Source of the DNA: Acidimicrobiales bacterium
GTDB taxonomy: Bacteria; Actinomycetota; Acidimicrobiia; Acidimicrobiales; AC-14
Direction: 5' to 3'
Assembly (NCBI GenBank): GCA_036260295.1
Contig: DATAAD010000082.1
Span: 9,965-73,964 of the forward strand
DNA length: 64,000 nucleotides
The position numbers were made by a program, and so were the translations under genes. Below, piece after piece: positions 59,502 through 64,000 of this stretch. Numbering within the stretch: the stretch's first letter is position 1; every line of letters begins with the position of its first letter. The notes beneath the pieces were generated by a model. It made no database searches, was not told the DNA's origin, and saw only the letters and a program-made list of their open reading frames with translations.

Positions 59502-61313
59502 GTGCTGAGTGCGCCGACGACCGAGTCGTCCGCCCGGGCCAGCGCCCCTCGGGCGGCTGCGCCTCGCTCCGTCCCCGCCCGCGCCCGTCCCGTCCTCCGG
59601 GCCAGCGCCGTCCCCACCGGTGCTCACCTCCTGCAGCGGGCGTGCTCGACGAAGGGGCCCGTCGACGCGGCCCACGAATGCGCCGAGTGCCGCGCCGGCC
59701 GGGCCTCTCGGGCCGGCGGCCGGGCCGGGCCGCCGGTGGTGGCCCCCTCTCGGGCCCCCATCGCCGTGCAGCGAGCCTGTGCCTGCGGGCCGGGTGCCGG
59801 AGGCAGTTGTGACGGCTGTGCCCAGGAGGTGTCGCCGTTGAGGCGGCGGGCTGTCGACGGCCATGCCATCGGCGCACCGGCCGCCCCCCCAGTGGCCGCG
59901 GCCGCCCTCCGCGCGGGCGGCGTTCCCCTCGACGGCTCGACCCGGGCGTCGCTCGAACCCCGCTTCGGCCGAGACCTCGGTGCCGTCCGGGTGCACTCGG
60001 ACTCGGTCGCCGCCGCCGGGGCGGCCGCTGTCGGTGCTCGGGCCTACACCGTCGGGGCCCACATCGTCTTCGGAGCCGGCCAGTACGCCCCAGCCACCGC
60101 CGAAGGCCGCCGGCTGCTGGCCCACGAGCTCACCCACGTGCTCCAGCAGGGCCCGGTGGCGGCTCCGGGCGGGTCGTCGCTCGAGGTCGGCGCGGCCGAC
60201 AGCCCCTTCGAGCGGGAGGCCGACCGGGTGGCGGATGCCGTGGTGCGCGGGCTCGACCTCCCTGTCGTCGTCCCGGGCGGCCCGCCCGCGCTACGGAGAG
60301 CGTGCGGGGAGGCTGCCATCGGGCCGCCGCCTCCCGGGTGCAACCTCACCTTCGCCACCCCCAGCGGCGCACGGTTCCTCTTCAACCGCGCGTGCGACGA
60401 CTGGGCGCCGGGGCAGCAGGCCGCGTTCGAGAGCGCGGTCGACGCGGTGGTTCCCGGAGCCACCGTCAACCTCTTCGGGATCGCCAGCACCGACGGGCCG
60501 GTCGGGTTCAACCTCAGCCTTTCGTGCGCCCGGCTGGCGGAGGCCCGCGCCATCGTCGTCGCCAAGGGCAAGAGTGGTCAGCTGCGGAGGAGCGAGGCCG
60601 TCGGCCCGCAGGGGTTGGCCGGGGACGTCACATTCCGGGCCGTGGCCATGGAGGTCATCGGGCCGGCGCCCCCGCCTCCGCCGGCGGCGACCACGACCCG
60701 GACCTTCGAGGTCGTCGTGAAGAGCTTCATCCGCACCATCGGCACGACCGCGGGCGCGATGTTCTGCCCGACCTTCCTCGGCGACCCGTTCGTCGGTCCT
60801 ACCGCTCGGCTGCAGGGCTTGGCCGTGGCGACCGACCTCATGTTCAGCGAGACCGCTCCGACCGCGGCCAAGGACACGCACTACAGGCTGTTCTCCCGGC
60901 GGACGTTCACGTTGACGTGCCGCCACGGCGTCCCGGTCTCGGCCCGGGCCTCGGCCCTGGACACCGACGTGGGCCTCGAGGGCCCGTTGGTGCCGCCGCC
61001 GCTGATCATCTTCACCGACACCGTCACACCGACACCGACCGGCGGGCTGCACTTCTCCTGGTCGGGGGAGGGCCGGCCCCATCTGGCCGCCGAGCCCGCG
61101 TTCCAGAGCATCTGTCCCCGGCTCTCGGTCTTCATCTGGCACCACATCGAGGGCGACGTGGATTGCGGAGGCGTTCGCATCACCGCCTTCAGCGGGAGCC
61201 GCTTCCCGAGCCGCCGGGCCTACGTCGACGGGGTGGTGACGCGCGACGTCCATCAGGGGACGTTCAACCGGCTCTGGGAATCGGCCCCGGGCGCACCGAC
61301 CCGGGTCCGCTGA
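59502..61313 (+). CDS. DUF4157 (HExxH) domain protein with OmpA-like segment and unknown C-terminal domain; candidate CIS cargo/effector
   Basis: LQRAC...C..C and VQRACAC...C..C motifs. LEPRFGRDLGAVRVHSD...ARAYTVGAHIVFGAGQYAP...GRRLLAHELTHVLQQG. VNLFGIASTDGPVGFNLSLSCARLAEARAIVVAKG resembles OmpA/MotB C-domains. Start codon uncertain. Confidence 0.75.
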   Translation: MLSAPTTESSARASAPRAAAPRSVPARARPVLRASAVPTGAHLLQRACSTKGPVDAAHECAECRAGRASRAGGRAGPPVVAPSRAPIAVQRACACGPGAGGSCDGCAQEVSPLRRRAVDGHAIGAPAAPPVAAAALRAGGVPLDGSTRASLEPRFGRDLGAVRVHSDSVAAAGAAAVGARAYTVGAHIVFGAGQYAPATAEGRRLLAHELTHVLQQGPVAAPGGSSLEVGAADSPFEREADRVADAVVRGLDLPVVVPGGPPALRRACGEAAIGPPPPGCNLTFATPSGARFLFNRACDDWAPGQQAAFESAVDAVVPGATVNLFGIASTDGPVGFNLSLSCARLAEARAIVVAKGKSGQLRRSEAVGPQGLAGDVTFRAVAMEVIGPAPPPPPAATTTRTFEVVVKSFIRTIGTTAGAMFCPTFLGDPFVGPTARLQGLAVATDLMFSETAPTAAKDTHYRLFSRRTFTLTCRHGVPVSARASALDTDVGLEGPLVPPPLIIFTDTVTPTPTGGLHFSWSGEGRPHLAAEPAFQSICPRLSVFIWHHIEGDVDCGGVRITAFSGSRFPSRRAYVDGVVTRDVHQGTFNRLWESAPGAPTRVR

Positions 61314-61366
61314 CCCCTGCTCGTCTACCCCGGACGGCGCACCGGAGCGTCACCCCCGGCGGGAGG

Positions 61367-61465
61367 CTACCGCCCGGCGCGCCGCTGCCAGCGGGTGGCC
61401 TTCAGCATCTTCTTGTGCTTCTTCTTCCGCATCCGCTTGCGGCGCTTCTTGATGAGCGATCCCAT
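61367..61465 (-). CDS. 30S ribosomal protein bS22 (actinobacterial small basic protein)
   Basis: MGSLIKKRRKRMRKKKHKKMLKATRWQRRAGR closely matches the mycobacterial bS22 pattern MGSVIKKRRKRM.KKKHRKLL. 32 codons inside a long artefactual ORF. Confidence 0.8.
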   Translation of the reverse strand: MGSLIKKRRKRMRKKKHKKMLKATRWQRRAGR

Positions 61466-61587
61466 GAGCGGCGACAGGCTAGCGGGTGGCGCCGCGCCGC
61501 GGACAGCCGGGAACGAGGGCACCGCGCCCATGGCGAACCGGCGGGCACCTTCAGATGCCCGCCGCCGGGTAGGTTCGAAGTCAGCGC

Positions 61588-61661
61588 TCGGGAGTCGTCC
61601 AACGGCAGGACATCTGGTTTTGGTCCAGAGAATGGGGGTTCGAGTCCTCCCTCCCGAGCCA
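61588..61661 (+). tRNA. tRNA-Gln (anticodon UUG)
   Basis: Hand-folded cloverleaf. Acceptor TCGGGAG/CTCCCGA, D-arm GTC..GAC, anticodon stem TCTGG/CCAGA with loop TTTTGGT, T-arm GGGGG-TTCGAGT-CCTCC, discriminator G and encoded CCA. 74 nt. Confidence 0.9.
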
Positions 61662-61703
61662 ACCCTCCCCCTCCTCGTCGGCCGGGCGCGGTAGAAAAGG
61701 TGG

Positions 61704-62813
61704 ATGCGTCTTCGTCCGCTGTCGGCGGTGGTCATGGCGGCCGGAGAGGGCACGCGGATGCGGTCGGCGCTGCCCAAGCCCCTGCACCCCCTGTGCGGGC
61801 GTCCCATGCTGCTGCACGTCCTCGACGCCCTGAGCGAGCTGCTCGTGGACCGGGCGGTGGTCGTGGTCGGCCACGGTGCCGAGCGGGTCACCAAGACGCT
61901 GCAGGAGTACGGACCGCCCGACCTGGTGATCGACTTCGTCGACCAGCACGTCCAGCGGGGGACGGGCGACGCCGCCTCGGTGGCGCTCACCGTCTTCCCC
62001 GACGACGACAGCGACGACGAGGACATCGTGGTCCTCCCCGGCGACACACCCCTCGTGCGCCCGTCCACCCTGGGCACGCTGGTCCACGCCCACCGCGAGG
62101 CCAACGCCGCGGCGACCCTGCTCACCGCCCGCCTGCCGGACACCTCGGGGATGGGGCGGATCGTGCGAACCAAGGACGGCCGGGTCAGCCGGATCGTGGA
62201 GGAGCTCGACGCCACCGAGGCCGAGCTCGACATCGACGAGGTCGGCACCTCCATCTACTGCTTCCGGCGGAGCCTCCTGGCCCCCGCCCTGCGCCGGCTG
62301 TCCCCCGAGAACGCCCAGGGCGAGTACTACCTCACCGACGTGGTGGGCGTCCTCCACGACGCCGGCCACAAGGTCGTCGCCGTGGAGAGCGAGGACCCGG
62401 CCGAGGCGGTGGGGGTGAACGACCGGGCCCAGCTCGCCGCGGCCGAGGCCGAGCTGCGCCGGCGCATCAACCACCGGTGGATGCAGGCGGGGGTCACCAT
62501 GGTCGACCCCGAACGGACCTACGTCGACGCGTCCGTCCGGCTGGCGGCCGACGTCACCCTCTTCCCGGGCACCATACTCCAGGGCCGCACGGTCATCGGC
62601 GAGGGCGCCCGCCTGGGCCCGCACGTCCGCCTCGTCGACTGCGCGGTGGGCGAGGGGGCCAACGTGGAGCAGTCCGTGGGCTACGACGCGGTCGTGGGCC
62701 AGTCGGCGATCGTCGGCCCCTTCGCCGTGCTCCAGCCGGGCAGCCATATCCCCACCGGCTCGACCACCGGCTCGTTCTACACTGCTACCTCCGGCGACGA
62801 AGAGAGCGTGTAG
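61704..62813 (+). CDS. glmU: GlmU-like UDP-N-acetylglucosamine pyrophosphorylase with truncated left-handed beta-helix (acetyltransferase) domain
   Basis: AVVMAAGEGTRMRSALPKPLHPLCGRPML (uridyltransferase motif). Hexapeptide repeats start about residue 260, but the protein ends at 369 aa, just after GPFAVLQPGSHIP. Confidence 0.75.
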   Translation: MRLRPLSAVVMAAGEGTRMRSALPKPLHPLCGRPMLLHVLDALSELLVDRAVVVVGHGAERVTKTLQEYGPPDLVIDFVDQHVQRGTGDAASVALTVFPDDDSDDEDIVVLPGDTPLVRPSTLGTLVHAHREANAAATLLTARLPDTSGMGRIVRTKDGRVSRIVEELDATEAELDIDEVGTSIYCFRRSLLAPALRRLSPENAQGEYYLTDVVGVLHDAGHKVVAVESEDPAEAVGVNDRAQLAAAEAELRRRINHRWMQAGVTMVDPERTYVDASVRLAADVTLFPGTILQGRTVIGEGARLGPHVRLVDCAVGEGANVEQSVGYDAVVGQSAIVGPFAVLQPGSHIPTGSTTGSFYTATSGDEESV

Positions 62814-62822
62814 CAGCCGACC

Positions 62823-63794
62823 ATGGAGCTGGTAACCCGGAAACGACTCGAGCTGTTCACCGGTCGTTCCAACCCGGACCTGGCCGCCGACATCGCCGCC
62901 GCCCTCGGCGTGGAGCTGGGCGAGAGCAACCTATCGCAGTTCGCCAACGGCGAGATGTACTGCCGGTTCGGCGAGTCCATCCGGGGGGCCGACGTCTTCA
63001 TCGTCCAGAGCCACAGCAGCCCGGTGAACGAGCAGATCATGGAGCAGCTGATCATGGTCGACGCGGCCAAGCGGGCCTCGGCCAAGCGGATCACCGCCGT
63101 CTGCCCCTACTACGGCTATGCCCGCCAGGACCGCAAGGCGTCGGAGCGCGAGCCGATCACGGCCAAGCTGTTGGCCGACATGCTGACCGTGGCCGGCGCC
63201 GACCGGATGGTCAGCGTCGACCTCCACTCGGGCCAGATCCAGGGCTTCTTCGACGTCCCGGTCGACCACCTGACCGCCATGCCCGTGCTGACCGACTGGG
63301 TCTCCGCCAACCTGGGCAGCGACGTGGTGGTCGTCTCCCCCGACGCCGGCCGCTTCAAGGTGGCCGAGCGCTTCGCCCAGATGCTGCACTCCGACGTGGG
63401 CTCGGTGGCCAAGCGCCGGCTGCGGGGGACGGCCAACCAGGTCGAGGCCCTCGACGTCATGGGCGAGGTGGAAGGCCGGATCTGCGTCCTGGTCGACGAC
63501 ATGATCGACACGGCCGGCACGGTCTGCGCCGCGGCCGAGCAGCTGGTGGCCCACGGGGCCACCGACGTGTACGCCATGGCCACCCACGCCGTCCTCTCGG
63601 ATCCGGCCCTGGACCGCCTCAAGAACTCGGTGATCTCCAAGGTGGTGATCACCGACACCCTGCCCCTCTCGGAGGACCGGCGCATCGACAAGATCGAGAT
63701 CCTCTCGGTGGCCAGCATCATCGCCGACGCCCTGCGCGCCGTGTTCGAGGACCGGTCGGTGTCGGAGATCTTCGGCGGGGCCAACCAGGCCTGA
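62823..63794 (+). CDS. prs: ribose-phosphate pyrophosphokinase
   Basis: DLHSGQIQGFFDVPVDHL and the PRPP-binding loop VLVDDMIDTAGT. Confidence 0.9.
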   Translation: MELVTRKRLELFTGRSNPDLAADIAAALGVELGESNLSQFANGEMYCRFGESIRGADVFIVQSHSSPVNEQIMEQLIMVDAAKRASAKRITAVCPYYGYARQDRKASEREPITAKLLADMLTVAGADRMVSVDLHSGQIQGFFDVPVDHLTAMPVLTDWVSANLGSDVVVVSPDAGRFKVAERFAQMLHSDVGSVAKRRLRGTANQVEALDVMGEVEGRICVLVDDMIDTAGTVCAAAEQLVAHGATDVYAMATHAVLSDPALDRLKNSVISKVVITDTLPLSEDRRIDKIEILSVASIIADALRAVFEDRSVSEIFGGANQA

Positions 63795-63822
63795 CTTTCG
63801 AAAGCCCCTAGACTGGTCCGCC

Positions 63823-64000
63823 ATGGATGAGGTCTCTCTGGTCGCGGACGTCGGGCGGGTCAAGGGCAGCGCCGAGGCGCGCCGCCTCCGCCGGGCCGGC
63901 AAGGTGCCCGCCGTGCTGTACGGGCACGGCATCGAGCCGCTCCCCCTCGCCGTCGGCCAGCGCGACCTGCGGGCCGCCCTGACCTCCGACGCCGGGCTCA
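63823..64000 (+). CDS. rplY: 50S ribosomal protein L25/general stress protein Ctc (3' end outside window)
   Basis: GSAEARRLRRAGKVPAVLYGHG is the typical L25 N-terminus. Follows prs, as in other actinobacteria. Confidence 0.8.
   Translation, partial: MDEVSLVADVGRVKGSAEARRLRRAGKVPAVLYGHGIEPLPLAVGQRDLRAALTSDAGL

Noticed and set aside
54105-60137. 2010-aa minus-strand ORF. Similar giant antisense or out-of-frame ORFs occur at 43407..46742 (-), 51634..54162 (-), 1626..3425 (-), 60302..63811 (+), 42351..43634 (+, part) and 52002..54293 (+, part).
   Set aside because: Their translations are Arg/Gly/Pro/Ala low-complexity with no motifs. They overlap plus-strand genes that have clear family signatures. 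Stop-codon scarcity in very GC-rich DNA explains them.
61588-61661. tRNA-Gln as an integration (att) site for the CIS island.
   Set aside because: There is no integrase nearby. By eye I found no direct repeat of the tRNA 3' end at the left border (35311..35400). The tRNA-Gln/glmU/prs arrangement is itself ancestral synteny. This was not exhaustively searched.
1-64000. CRISPR arrays, rRNA genes, IS elements or transposases.
   Set aside because: I noticed no regularly spaced direct repeats, rRNA-like conserved stretches or DDE/serine/tyrosine recombinase motifs in any frame.

Overview
Very GC-rich, actinobacterial-type chromosomal segment with dense, often translationally coupled genes. Most long Arg/Pro/Gly-rich ORFs in the six-frame track are antisense or out-of-frame GC artefacts. 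The backbone is a conserved housekeeping synteny: ychF, rsmI, metG ... tatD, rsmA(ksgA), ispE ... bS22, tRNA-Gln, glmU, prs, rplY. Two accessory blocks interrupt it. (1) About 13.5 kb between metG and tatD (19.1-32.7 kb) carries tailoring-type enzymes: an AurF-like diiron oxygenase, a GNAT, a carrier protein, an M29-like protein, an amidohydrolase, an LLM oxidoreductase and a P450. It also holds an unannotated 45-codon ORF followed by a very strong hairpin, two small membrane proteins plus an ABC exporter with an HMA-like N-domain, and an orphan MT-A70 methyltransferase. (2) About 26 kb between ispE and bS22/tRNA-Gln (35.3-61.4 kb) is a complete phage-tail-like contractile injection system (eCIS/CIS-type). 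It has a sheath, tube, DUF4255 cap, AAA+ ATPase, split hub/spike/PAAR-like tip, gp25, two Baseplate_J paralogs, a gpI-like wedge and a DUF6519/beta-helix protein. I recognise no tail fibre, capsid, terminase or integrase genes. The locus has its own SARP/BTAD regulator and is flanked on both sides by DUF4157 (HExxH) proteins with unrecognisable C-terminal domains, which are candidate cargo. The left 9 kb holds an ABC exporter pair, a P450 and a large AfsR/SARP-type regulator. I saw no rRNA, CRISPR array, transposase or integrase. All calls rest on reading motifs by eye; no searches were run.
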